A DNA stretch of 63,635 nucleotides, the filler included, from Myxococcota bacterium (GTDB lineage: Bacteria; Myxococcota_C; UBA6777), in NCBI GenBank assembly GCA_023150835.1. It is 4 parts of 4 records of this genome, joined end to end, with 100 filler letters (N's around TTAATTAATTAA, not from the genome) between each part and the next. Parts side by side here need not be neighbours in the genome. Positions count along the whole stretch, not along the records: positions 16,300 to 32,348 come from JAKLKB010000147.1; positions 32,449 to 48,044 come from JAKLKB010000148.1; 2 more parts are not named here. One strand, written 5' to 3'. Within the stretch, counting starts at the first letter, position 1. Each line of letters begins with the position of its first letter. Shown here piece by piece: positions 31,247 through 42,900 of this stretch. The translations under genes and the position numbers were made by a program. The notes under the pieces were generated by a model. It saw only the letters and a list, made by a program, of their open reading frames with translations, was not told the origin of the DNA and did not search any database.

Positions 31247-32248
31247 ATGATGAGTAACATTTCTGTTGGTAGCGTGTGTTCTGGAATTGAGGCCGCCTCT
31301 GTGGCATGGCAAGATATCGGTTTTGAGTTCAAATGGTTCTCCGAGATCGCCGAATTCCCTTCAAAAGTATTGAAATTGAAGTATCCTCGGGTCCCCAACC
31401 TCGGAGATATGCGCGAGATCCCTAAAAAGTTACGCGATGGCCAAATCGACTCGCCAGATCTGATTTGCGGCGGCACACCTTGTCAGGCCTTCTCCCTCGC
31501 GGGGTGGAAAAAGGGACTGGACGATCATCGAGGAAACCTAACACTCAAATTCGTCGACATCATCGACGAAAACGATCGAGTTCGAATGTTGAACGGTTTG
31601 CCGCCAAGTCTCGTACTCTGGGAAAACGTTGAAGGCGTTCTTCGCGACAAAACAAACGCGTTTGGTTGCTTTCTCGCATCGCTTGCAGGATTTGACGCTG
31701 AGATATCTATGGCGCGATGGCCGCAGGCTGGTGTCATACATGGTCCGAAACGAAACATCGCGTGGAGGGTTCTTGATGCGAAATACTTTGGTGTACCACA
31801 GCAGCGTAGGCGGTTGTATGTTCTCGCTGGAGGGATAGATTTTTTTTCCGAACAAGTTCTCTTCGAATCTTCCGTGCTACTCCAAAACACACCCAGTTCC
31901 GATTTTCCTTTGTCTTTTACAAAGGAGGGGCACAGTATTGAAGTTTTTCGGTCATACACCGACTGCCTCTACTCCGCTTATGGAACGAAGTGGAATGGAA
32001 ATGCAGCTGCCTACAACGGGTCGTTGTTCGTGTTCCAAGACAACCGCCTTAGGCGGTTCACACCAATCGAGTGCGAGCGCCTTATGGGATTCCCGGATAA
32101 CTATACGGAAATTCCAACAGCAAAACCAACGGCCAGATATCAGGGCGTTGGGAACTCTTGGGCAGTTCCTGTGGTGAAGTGGCTGGGGAAAAGAATCGTG
32201 ACGCAAGGACCCACCTTCCGCACTGAACATTTGAATCCAAAGAAATAA
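31247..32248 (+). CDS. DNA (cytosine-5) methyltransferase
   Basis: SVCSGIEA (motif I variant), GGTPCQAFS (IV), WENVEG (VI), QQRRRL (VIII), ECERLMGFP (IX), GNSW (X). Confidence 0.93.
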   Translation: MMSNISVGSVCSGIEAASVAWQDIGFEFKWFSEIAEFPSKVLKLKYPRVPNLGDMREIPKKLRDGQIDSPDLICGGTPCQAFSLAGWKKGLDDHRGNLTLKFVDIIDENDRVRMLNGLPPSLVLWENVEGVLRDKTNAFGCFLASLAGFDAEISMARWPQAGVIHGPKRNIAWRVLDAKYFGVPQQRRRLYVLAGGIDFFSEQVLFESSVLLQNTPSSDFPLSFTKEGHSIEVFRSYTDCLYSAYGTKWNGNAAAYNGSLFVFQDNRLRRFTPIECERLMGFPDNYTEIPTAKPTARYQGVGNSWAVPVVKWLGKRIVTQGPTFRTEHLNPKK

Positions 32249-32348
32249 CACGGATTCAAAGGGCATAACACCGCTGCACCTCCTCTCCAAAACAGCGAAG
32301 TATCCGATGATGGAGATCTGTGAGGTTGAGTATCATACGTTTCAGCAC

Positions 32349-32448
32349 NNNNNNNNNNNNNNNNNNNNNNNNNNNNNNNNNNNNNNNNNNNNTTAATTAA
32401 TTAANNNNNNNNNNNNNNNNNNNNNNNNNNNNNNNNNNNNNNNNNNNN
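32349..32448. other. Artificial contig linker
   Basis: N-TTAATTAATTAA-N. Confidence 0.98.
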
Positions 32449-32620
32449 CGGGGGGAAGTTGGAACGGGTAGCGTCTGCGTCTCGTGCATACAGCGTGCGT
32501 CACGAAAAAACAACATCCCCGCTGCTTCCGACTTTCGCTCCCTCCCCTGTTCACGGGGGAGGGCGGGGTGGGGGGCTTTCCTCCGCTTCACCTAACGCCT
32601 ATGGGGCAGAGCCCCACAAA
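32449..32620. repeat. Dispersed CCCTCCCCTGTTCACGGGGGAGGG-family repeat
   Basis: Near-identical to ~3468-3635. Confidence 0.8.
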
Positions 32621-32730
32621 ACAACAAGCACAACCAACCCCGCTGTCCCCTCCAGACAAACACAACCAACCCCTCCAAACAAACCGATACACCCTGAATC
32701 TACCTTCAAAAAATCGCTCCGCAGAAAGGC

Positions 32731-32759
32731 TTGCAGAAAACCAGCGCAGCGAGTATCTT
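32731..32759 (+). promoter_or_regulatory. Putative sigma70 promoter of metH
   Basis: TTGCAG-N17-TATCTT about 100 nt upstream of the ATG. Confidence 0.35.
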
Positions 32760-32858
32760 GCGCACAACTTCTCACCCAAGGCCGCCCCCCCAAGGCGGAC
32801 CACCACCTCGACTCGAACAGCGAGGGTTCGGTTATCGCGGAGACAACAGAGGAATTCG

Positions 32859-35800
32859 ATGGATCGTCAAGAAAAGTTTGCACAGACCCTCAAAGAACGC
32901 ATCATGATCCTAGACGGCGCGATGGGAACCATGATCCAACACTACGCCAAAACCATCCAACCCCTCTCCGAAGCCGATTTTCGGGGAGAACGCTTCAAAG
33001 ATCACACCCGCTCTCTCCAAGGCTGCAACGACCTGCTTTCCATCACACGCCCTGATATCATCGCCGATATCCACCAACAATTCCTCGATGCAGGGGCCGA
33101 TATCCTCGAAACCAACACCTTTAGCGCCACTTCGATCGCGATGGCGGATTATGGCCTTGAGCCTTGGGTCTACGAGATGAATCTCGCTTCTGCCCAGCTC
33201 GCCCGCCGCATCGCCGATCAACACACCCAACGCGATCCTGCTCGGCCCCGCTTTGTCGCAGGCTCACTCGGCCCCACCAACCAAACCGCCTCCATGTCCC
33301 CCAAAGTCGAAGACCCCGGATACCGCGCTGTCACCTTCGACCAACTTGTCACCGCCTTTTCCGAACAGATCAACGGACTCCTTGACGGCGGCGTCGACCT
33401 CCTCCTGCTCGAAACCAACATCGACACCCTCAACCTCAAAGCCGAACTCTTCGCCGTCGAACAAGTCTTTGAACAACGCGGACATCGCGTCCCTGTGATC
33501 GCCACCGTCACCATCCCCGACAACTCGGGACGCACTCTCTCCGGCCAAAATCTCGAAGCCTTTTGGACCTCCGTCTCTCACGCTCCCCTCGCTGCCGTCG
33601 GGATCAACTGCGCACTCGGCGTCAACGAGATGCGGCCCTACGTCGAAGAACTCTCCCAACTCGCCCACATCCCCACCATCTGCTATCCCAACGCTGGACT
33701 CCCCAACGAATTCGGCGAATATGACGATACGCCCGAACACATGGCCGAGATGATGGGAACCTTCGCCTCCGAAGGCTGGCTCAACCTCGCCGGCGGATGC
33801 TGCGGAACCACCCCCGCCCACATCGCCGCCATCGCCAAAGCCGTCTCCTCTTTTCCTCCCCGCGTACCTCCCCTCCCTCACCACCAAAGCTGCTACAGCG
33901 GACTTGAAGCCCTTCGCGTCCGAGAAAACACCAACTTCTTGATGATCGGCGAACGCACCAACATCACGGGCTCCAAACGCTTCGAAAACCTGATCAAAGC
34001 GGGCGATTACGAAACCGCCCTCTCCGTCGCTCGCCAACAAGTCGACGGCGGGGCCAACATCATCGACGTCAACATGGACGAAGGCTTGATCGACTCCGTC
34101 GCCGCCATGACGCGCTTTCTCAACCTTATGTCCGCCGAACCCGATATCGCCCGTATCCCCGTTATGATCGATAGCTCCAAGTTTGAAGTCCTTGAGGCCG
34201 GACTCAAAGTCCTCCAAGGAAAGTCCATCGTCAACTCTATCAGCCTCAAAGAAGGCGAAGAAGTCTTCAAAGCACAAGCCCGTAAAGTCCGACGCTATGG
34301 AGCCGCTGTCGTGGTTATGGCCTTTGATGAAGATGGCCAAGCCACCGACACCCAACGCCGCATCGAGATCCTCAGCCGCGCTCACAACATCCTCACCCAA
34401 GAAGTCGGCTTCCCCGAAGAAGATATCATCTTTGACCCCAACATCCTCACCGTCGCCACCGGTATCGAAGAGCACAACACCTACGCCATCTCCTTTGTCG
34501 AGGCCACCCGCGAACTCAAACGCCGCTTCCCCCGCGCCAAAGTCAGCGGCGGCGTCAGCAATATCTCCTTCTCTTTTCGTGGAAACCCCGCTGTCCGCGA
34601 AGCCATGCACGCTGCCTTCCTCTATCACGCCATCCAAGCCGGCCTTGATATGGGCATCGTCAACGCTGGACAACTCGAAGTCTACGAACAGATCCCACCC
34701 GCCCTCCTTGAGCGCGTCGAAGACGTCCTCTTCAACCGACGCGAAGACGCCACCGATCGCTTGATCGCTTACGCGGATGAAAACAAGTCCAACGCCAAAG
34801 AACGCGCTCTCGACGATGCTTGGCGACAAGCCCCCCTCGCCCAACGACTCGCTCACGCCCTTCTCAAGGGCATCACCGATTATCTCGAAGAAGATCTCGC
34901 CGAAGCCCTACGCACCTACGAACAACCGCTCCAGATCATCGAAGGCCCGCTGCTCGACGGCATGAATATCGTTGGCGACCTCTTTGGCGAAGGCAAGATG
35001 TTCTTGCCCCAAGTCGTCAAAAGCGCTCGCGCCATGAAAAAAGCCGTCGCCTTTCTCTTGCCCCATATGCACGCTGGCGTCGAAGGCGAACGACAGCCCC
35101 GCGCCCGCATCCTCATGGCCACCGTCAAAGGCGATGTCCACGATATCGGCAAAAATATCGTCGGCGTCGTACTCGGCTGCAACGGCTACCAGATCATCGA
35201 TCTCGGCGTCATGGTTCCCGCCGACAAGATCCTCAAAGCCGCTCGCGAACACAACGCCGATATGATCGGACTCAGCGGCTTGATCACACCCTCCCTCGAC
35301 GAGATGATGCACGTCGCCCGTGAAATGCAGCGCGAAGGCTTTACCCTCCCCCTCCTGATCGGCGGCGCAACCACCAGTAAAAAACACACCGCCGTCAAGA
35401 TCGCCCCCCAATACGAACACATCGTTGTCCATGTCCGTGACGCCTCTCGCTCCGTCGGTGTCGTCGGTGAACTCCTGACCCCCGAAAGCCGCGAACGCTT
35501 CGCCATCCAAAACCGCGAAGAGCAACAACAAGCCCGCCTCTCCTTCGCAAAAAAACAAAGCCTCCCCCTCGAACCCTACCACAAAGCCGTCGAACGCCGC
35601 TTCTCCTGTGACTGGCCGCAGATCGATATCCCACAACCCGCCTCCCTTGGCATCCACATCCTCAAAAACTTCTCTCTCGAACAACTCGTCCCCTTTATCG
35701 ACTGGTCCCCGTTCTTCCGCGCATGGGAACTTCACGGCTCTTATCCTTCCATCCTCCAAGACCCCGATATCGGACAAACTGCACAAGAACTCTTTGACCA

Positions 35801-36554
35801 CGCACAAAGTATGTTGCGCGAGATCATCGCCCACAATAAGCTCCAAGCACACGGCATCTACGGCTTCTTCCCCGCAAACAGCGATGGCGACGATATCCTC
35901 GTCTACACCGACAATACACGCTCCACCCTCCTTACCCGCTTCCATACCCTCCGCCAACAACGCGGGCGCGCTGACTCACCCCTCTACGCTCTCGCCGACT
36001 TTGTCGCACCCACCCACTCCCAACGCCCCGACTACATCGGCGCATTTTGCGTCTGCGCTGGCTTTGGCACCGATGAGATGGTCGCTCTCTACGAAGCCGA
36101 TCACGACGACTACAACGCCATCACCGCAAAAGCCCTCGCCGACCGACTCGCCGAAGCCTTCGCCGAATACCTCCACAAACGCGTCCGCGACGAATGGGGC
36201 TACGGCAAACAAGAAGACCTCAACAACGACGATCTAATCCACGAACGCTATCGCGGTATTCGACCCGCCCCGGGTTATCCCGCCTGCCCCGACCACACCG
36301 AAAAACGCACCCTCTTCGATCTCCTCCATGTCGAAGACTCCATCGGCGTCCATCTCACCGAAAGCTTCGCCATGTTCCCCACCGCCGCCGTCTCGGGACT
36401 TTACTTCGCACACCCCGATTCCCGCTACTTCGCTGTCGGCTCCATCAACAAAGATCAAGTCGCCGATTACGCCCAACGCAAGGGCATGTCCATCTCCCAA
36501 GTCGAACAATGGCTCGCACCAAACCTCGGCTATGATCCCAACGACAAAGACTGA
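32859..36554 (+). CDS. metH: Cobalamin-dependent methionine synthase
   Basis: [30 protein letters not shown]12-binding motif and [12 protein letters not shown]. Confidence 0.97.
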   Translation: MDRQEKFAQTLKERIMILDGAMGTMIQHYAKTIQPLSEADFRGERFKDHTRSLQGCNDLLSITRPDIIADIHQQFLDAGADILETNTFSATSIAMADYGLEPWVYEMNLASAQLARRIADQHTQRDPARPRFVAGSLGPTNQTASMSPKVEDPGYRAVTFDQLVTAFSEQINGLLDGGVDLLLLETNIDTLNLKAELFAVEQVFEQRGHRVPVIATVTIPDNSGRTLSGQNLEAFWTSVSHAPLAAVGINCALGVNEMRPYVEELSQLAHIPTICYPNAGLPNEFGEYDDTPEHMAEMMGTFASEGWLNLAGGCCGTTPAHIAAIAKAVSSFPPRVPPLPHHQSCYSGLEALRVRENTNFLMIGERTNITGSKRFENLIKAGDYETALSVARQQVDGGANIIDVNMDEGLIDSVAAMTRFLNLMSAEPDIARIPVMIDSSKFEVLEAGLKVLQGKSIVNSISLKEGEEVFKAQARKVRRYGAAVVVMAFDEDGQATDTQRRIEILSRAHNILTQEVGFPEEDIIFDPNILTVATGIEEHNTYAISFVEATRELKRRFPRAKVSGGVSNISFSFRGNPAVREAMHAAFLYHAIQAGLDMGIVNAGQLEVYEQIPPALLERVEDVLFNRREDATDRLIAYADENKSNAKERALDDAWRQAPLAQRLAHALLKGITDYLEEDLAEALRTYEQPLQIIEGPLLDGMNIVGDLFGEGKMFLPQVVKSARAMKKAVAFLLPHMHAGVEGERQPRARILMATVKGDVHDIGKNIVGVVLGCNGYQIIDLGVMVPADKILKAAREHNADMIGLSGLITPSLDEMMHVAREMQREGFTLPLLIGGATTSKKHTAVKIAPQYEHIVVHVRDASRSVGVVGELLTPESRERFAIQNREEQQQARLSFAKKQSLPLEPYHKAVERRFSCDWPQIDIPQPASLGIHILKNFSLEQLVPFIDWSPFFRAWELHGSYPSILQDPDIGQTAQELFDHAQSMLREIIAHNKLQAHGIYGFFPANSDGDDILVYTDNTRSTLLTRFHTLRQQRGRADSPLYALADFVAPTHSQRPDYIGAFCVCAGFGTDEMVALYEADHDDYNAITAKALADRLAEAFAEYLHKRVRDEWGYGKQEDLNNDDLIHERYRGIRPAPGYPACPDHTEKRTLFDLLHVEDSIGVHLTESFAMFPTAAVSGLYFAHPDSRYFAVGSINKDQVADYAQRKGMSISQVEQWLAPNLGYDPNDKD

Positions 36555-36713
36555 GCGGGTGTTTGCGAAAAAGGTTTGTTTTGGAAAGCAGCGACCGGGT
36601 TGGATTTTAGGTCGCTGGATTGGCGTATCTCCCCCTGTTGCTGCCCAACCACAGGGCGTCTACAACGGTTCGCACCTAACCTTCGAGCACACTTCATCTC
36701 GGATATCGCATGA

Positions 36714-38027
<1,314 letters not shown>

Positions 38028-38224
38028 TACGATCTCCTTCTTTCTCTTTTCTGGTGTTTGTGGGGTTCCACCCCACACCCCGCAAGGGACCGATGGCCCC
38101 TTGACCCCGTATCGGCGAAACAATCATCGTTTTTCAAACCAACGGCTCTCTCGCTTGAACGTGTCGCGAACACGGGGTGTTGTCTCGTGTCTATCCGGTG
38201 GGGGATAGCATACCAAACGCCATC

Positions 38225-38342
38225 TCATACGAGATCCGCAGGGAGCGTGATCGTAAAACGTAGGGGCAGCCCCCTGTGGCTGCCCAAGGATAGGGCGTCC
38301 TCGCGCTATCCTTCGATCATAGATCACTCGGATATCGTATCA
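38225..38342. mobile_element. MITE-like element with 13-bp TIRs and GTAG-REP
   Basis: TCATACGAGATCC ... GTAGGGGCAGCCCCCTGTGGCTGCCC (38260) ... GGATATCGTATCA. Confidence 0.65.
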
Positions 38343-38495
38343 GATCGCTTTTTCGATGGGGGGTAGCATACAAAACGCGATCTCAGATCGCTTTTTCGAT
38401 GGGGGGTGGCATACAAAACGCTATCTCAGATCGCTTTTTCGATGGGGGGTGGCATACAAAACGCTATCTCAGATCGCTTTTCGATGGGGGGTGGC
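38341..38495. repeat. Tandem 43-bp units (CAGATCGCTTTTTCGATGGGGGGTGGCATACAAAACGCTATCT), about 3.6 copies
   Basis: Unit starts at 38341, 38384, 38427, 38470. Confidence 0.93.
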
Positions 38496-38564
38496 TTGTA
38501 TTCTTTGGATGAGATGGGTAGTCTGAGGCCAGACCCAGAGAGACAAACAAGGAGAGTGCAAAAA

Positions 38565-39359
38565 GTGAAGAGACAAAACAACCTGTTGAACAATTATGAC
38601 CGTGTAAGCGCCGAGCAAGCGTATGTCTCGTGCAAAGCGACTGCCGAGGCTCTTGCAAAAGAGCGGATGGAAGGCCGGTATGTCTTGCAGGACGTGGTGG
38701 TGGTGTTGGATCTGGTGTGGTCGTTGATCAAGCAAGCCAAAGCGGACGAGCGCGAATTGGTGACGATGCCTGCCATCACGGCGCAAAGCATCGAAGAGAT
38801 CGCGCAGTTGCGTTTAGCCTACTGGCACGCTTCGCTGGAAGCGGAGATGTCGCAAAGCGAATCCAAGCGACAACGCACCCAAGAACTGATGCGAAAGCTG
38901 CGCACGATCCGACGTCGGTTGTTTGGAGCGATCGACGTGATCTGGCCCGATGACGAAGCGATGCAAGACCGCCTCACCGCCTTAAAGAAAGGGCAAGGAC
39001 ACGCGGATCTTGCGAGCGATATCGTCGCGCTGGTGGCCTTGTACCGCCCTCGCCTCAAGGAGACCGCTGCATGGCTCCACACCGCACCTTTGGAAGCGTT
39101 GCTCGACGAAGGAAGCCGCCTTGCGCCTGAGATGCTCGAAGCACGCAAAGAAGAAGGCCAAACCACCGAAGCCGAAAAGAAGATCGAGATGCAACGGCGT
39201 TTGTTTATCCTATTGGAAGACGCCTACAACGAACTCACGACAACAGGCGCTTACGTCTTTCGCCGCGATCCTCAACGCGCCGAGAACTACGCACACACCT
39301 TGCGCTCTGCTTACGCTCGCGCCCACCAGCCCACTCCCACCCCCGCTCCCAACAAATAA
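38565..39359 (+). CDS. Hypothetical alpha-helical protein
   Basis: AAGGAG upstream of a GTG; typical coding composition; no recognised motif. Confidence 0.7.
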   Translation: MKRQNNLLNNYDRVSAEQAYVSCKATAEALAKERMEGRYVLQDVVVVLDLVWSLIKQAKADERELVTMPAITAQSIEEIAQLRLAYWHASLEAEMSQSESKRQRTQELMRKLRTIRRRLFGAIDVIWPDDEAMQDRLTALKKGQGHADLASDIVALVALYRPRLKETAAWLHTAPLEALLDEGSRLAPEMLEARKEEGQTTEAEKKIEMQRRLFILLEDAYNELTTTGAYVFRRDPQRAENYAHTLRSAYARAHQPTPTPAPNK

Positions 39360-39360
39360 C

Positions 39361-39745
39361 CCACCCTCTCGTCATACGATATCTCGGAGATGCGGCAGTC
39401 CTATCCTTGGGCAGCCACGGGGGGCTGCCCCTACATCTTGGCGGATTTCGTATCACCCACCCTCTCGTCATACGATATCTCGGAGATGCGGCAGTCCTAT
39501 CCTCGGGCAGCCACGGGGGGCTGCCCCTACATCTTGGCGGATTTCGTATCACCCACCCTCTCGTCATGCGATATCTCGGAGATGCGGCAGTCCTATCCTT
39601 GGGCAGCCACGGGGGGCTGCCCCTACATCTTGGCGGATTTCGTATCACCCACCCTCTCGTCACACGATATCTCGGAGATGCGGCAGTCCTATCCTTGGGC
39701 AGCCACGGGGGGCTGCCCCTACATCTTGGCGGATTTCGTACCACC
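39361..39745. repeat. Four tandem 96-bp units, each an 84-bp TIR-bounded REP element plus spacer (BIME-like)
   Basis: GGGCAGCCACGGGGGGCTGCCCCTAC at 39409, 39505, 39601, 39697; ends TCATACGATATCT / GGATTTCGTATCA. Confidence 0.93.
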
Positions 39746-39950
39746 CACCCCACCCATCCACGCAAGCCCTGTCTCTGACATTTTTTTTACATCACATTTG
39801 CTTTTTGTTGACCCGTTGGGGGCGCGATACGGTTAGGATGGGAGCGTCTTTGTCACGACGAGCTTTGTTGTTTTGGTTTTGGATAGAGATCGCTTGCGAT
39901 GGTGGTGCGTTCACAAGCCCGTTTCCTCACCGCTCAAAAAGGAGTCGAGA

Positions 39951-42900
39951 ATGCAAGAAAGGCCCACGCTCAACGTCCCTTATGAGGGATATCCGCCCTG
40001 TTCGATGGCGCAACGAAGTTTGCGCCTGTTGTTGTCTGGATGGTTTGCCTCCACGCTTTGGATCGGCGCTGCGCTGGCCGCTCCTCCGCCCACCCCCGCC
40101 CCCCCCAAAGACGCCAAAGCCCCGAAAGCCCCAAGTGCTGCGAAGATCGAACATCCCTCGATCCAAGATCCCCGCGATCGTGCGCTGACAGAGCTTTTGG
40201 CGGATCGCAAAGCTGATCAAGCGATCAAGCAGATCGAAGGGTTGTTGAAGGACAAAGCGGGACGCACGCCGCTTCGGGTGTTTTTGCTTGGACGCGCCCT
40301 GCTGCAAAAGAAACGATACGCCCAAGCCGCTGCAGCCTTTCTTGAAGTTGCGCAAAACAAAGACAAGAACAACTTTTTTGCCGAAAAAGCCGCGATGCTG
40401 GTGGCCGAAGCCCACGCCCAAGATCGGGACTTTGCCAAGGCCCAAAAGATTTATGGGGATGCGGTGCGCCGCTTTTTGTCGCCCGCTCACCGCACGCAAC
40501 TTGCGGGGATGTATCTGCGTTATGCCCAAAAATACCTCGGGCAAGCCAAAGAACAACCCAACCAACAACACACCCTCAAGCGAAAAGCCGCGACTTTTTT
40601 CAGCCGCGCCCTTGAACTCGAGCTGCCCCAAGATCAGGCCCAATCGATCCGCCTTGCGCTCGGCCAAGTCTACCTCGACTTAAGCGACTACCAAGCGCGC
40701 AGCACCTTTGAAGAAGCCCGAAAGATCGAGAAAAAAGGCAAACTGGCAGACGCCTTCACTTTCTTTTTTGCCAAAGCCCTCGAACAGCAAAGCAATCCAA
40801 CCCGAGCGCGCATCCTCTGGCAAGACTTTTTGCGCGACTTTCCGCGCTCCGAACGCGCCCCCGAAGCTCACCTCGCTCTCGCTGAAAACTACTTGCGCCT
40901 TGCCTACAGCCGCAAGCTGTTTTTGGACCTCGGGGTCGATGCCCTTCATCGCCTCGCCAAACAGTTCCCCTCCCACAAACTGGCTCGCACCGCCCTTTAT
41001 CGCGTCGGCGAAGTCTTCTTCCAACACCGCCGCTACAAAGAAGCCCAAGCCGCATTCCAGACCTTTGTCAACCAATTCGCCCGCGCAGCCGCTCCCGAAG
41101 GCGACCGCCTCATGGCCCAAGCACGCTACCACATCGCCATGTCCGCCTATCACCAAGGCCACGAAGAAGAAAGCATCCGCAGCTTTAGCACCTTCCTCCA
41201 AGAACACCCCACCGACTCGCTTTGGCCCCAAGCCCAGCGCTTGATCATCACGGCTCGTTATCAGATCGCTGAAAAAGCCTACAAAAAGAAGCTCTACGCC
41301 AAGGCCCGCGCCCATTACGAAGACTTCTTCAAGCAATATCCGCTCGATGGCCGCGCTGCGATGGTGATGTGGCAACTCGCACAGATCGAAGTGGCCCAAA
41401 AACACTGGCAGCCCGCGATCGATGCTTACGCTCGCCTTCATAGCAAATACCCTTACGATCATTACGGCTATCGCTCGGGCTTGGAGATCGGCAAGCTCTA
41501 CGAGGTCCAGATCAAAGACTACGAAAAAGCGATCAAAGCCTATGAAAAGGTCCAAGGCTGGCCCTTCCGAAGCCAAGCCCAAGCCGCCATCCAACGCCTC
41601 AAGCGCAAAGAACTCACCCTCCACACCCCCCGCATCTTCAACACCCACGAAGAAGGCCATCTATTCGCCGAAGTACGCAACCTCAAAAAACTCAGCGTCA
41701 AGATGTACAAAGTCGACGCCGAAACCTACTTCCGAAAGATGCACCGCTTCGGTGGGATGGATGCCTTGGACATCGAACTGATCCGCCCCGACAAAGAATG
41801 GGAGATCACCCTCAAAGGCCGCCGCTACGAACAAGTCAAGCAAAAGATCACACTTCCCGAAAAAGCTCCGATGATCGCTCTGCTGCACGTCTCAGGAGGC
41901 GGTCTCCAAGCCACCAGCATCGCCATCCGCAGCGACCTCCAGATCGTCTCGAAGATGAACCGCGAAACCATCTTTGTGTTTGCCATCGATCAACGCTTGC
42001 GCAAGCCACTCGCAGGCGTACAGCTTTTGATCAGCAGCGGCAGCAAGATCCTTTACGAAGCCAAAACAGGCCCCGATGGTTCGTATCGTCTGCGCGATCG
42101 CAAACTCCGCAAACACACCAACCTCCACGTCCTCGCCCTTCATCAAGGCTCCGTCGCTGCAAGCCACAGCCTCTTGACGAGCCTCCCCTTTCATCCCGGC
42201 CTGACTTATGCGGGCTTGATCTACACCGATCGATCGGTGTATCTGCCGGGTGAGCGCGTCCAACTCAAAGCGATCTTGCGCGAAGTCAAACACAACCAAT
42301 ACAGCGTCCCCACCCGACCTTACACCCTCACCATCGCCAACCCCGACCGCCAAGAGATCTTCCGCCAGATCCTCCGCCCCAACGCGCTCGGAACCCTCCA
42401 CACCCACTTCCAAAGCGACGCCAACGCTCCGCTAGGAAATTACACCGTCACGCTGCACCGCAAACGTGGCCCCACCTTTACAGGCTCCTTCGATATCCGC
42501 CATTACACACTCCCACGCTACCTGCTCTCGATCGACGCCAAACGCAAGGTCTATGTGCGCGGAGAAACGATCCAAGGCCATATCGCAGCCCGTTATGGCT
42601 TTGGTGCGCCCGCCGCCAACCAACACATCTTCTACACCTTCGCCGATCGCACTTACAAGGGAAAGACCGACGCCAAAGGCCAACTGGCTTTTACACTCCC
42701 CACCCGCGAACTCGATATCGATCGCAGCTTTTCGATGCGCGCCGAGATCCAAGGCGAACAAGCCCATGCCAGCACGAACTTTTGGCTCCAAGGCACGCTG
42801 TTTTCGCTCTCTCTCAAGACCCTGCGCAAGATCTACGCAGCAGGCGAACGCTTCCATCTCTCCATTACAGCGAAAGATCGGGCCGATCAGCCCTACGCTG

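Noticed and set aside
39361..39745. CRISPR array with palindromic repeat
   Set aside because: Whole 96-bp units are near-identical, so this is a REP tandem array.
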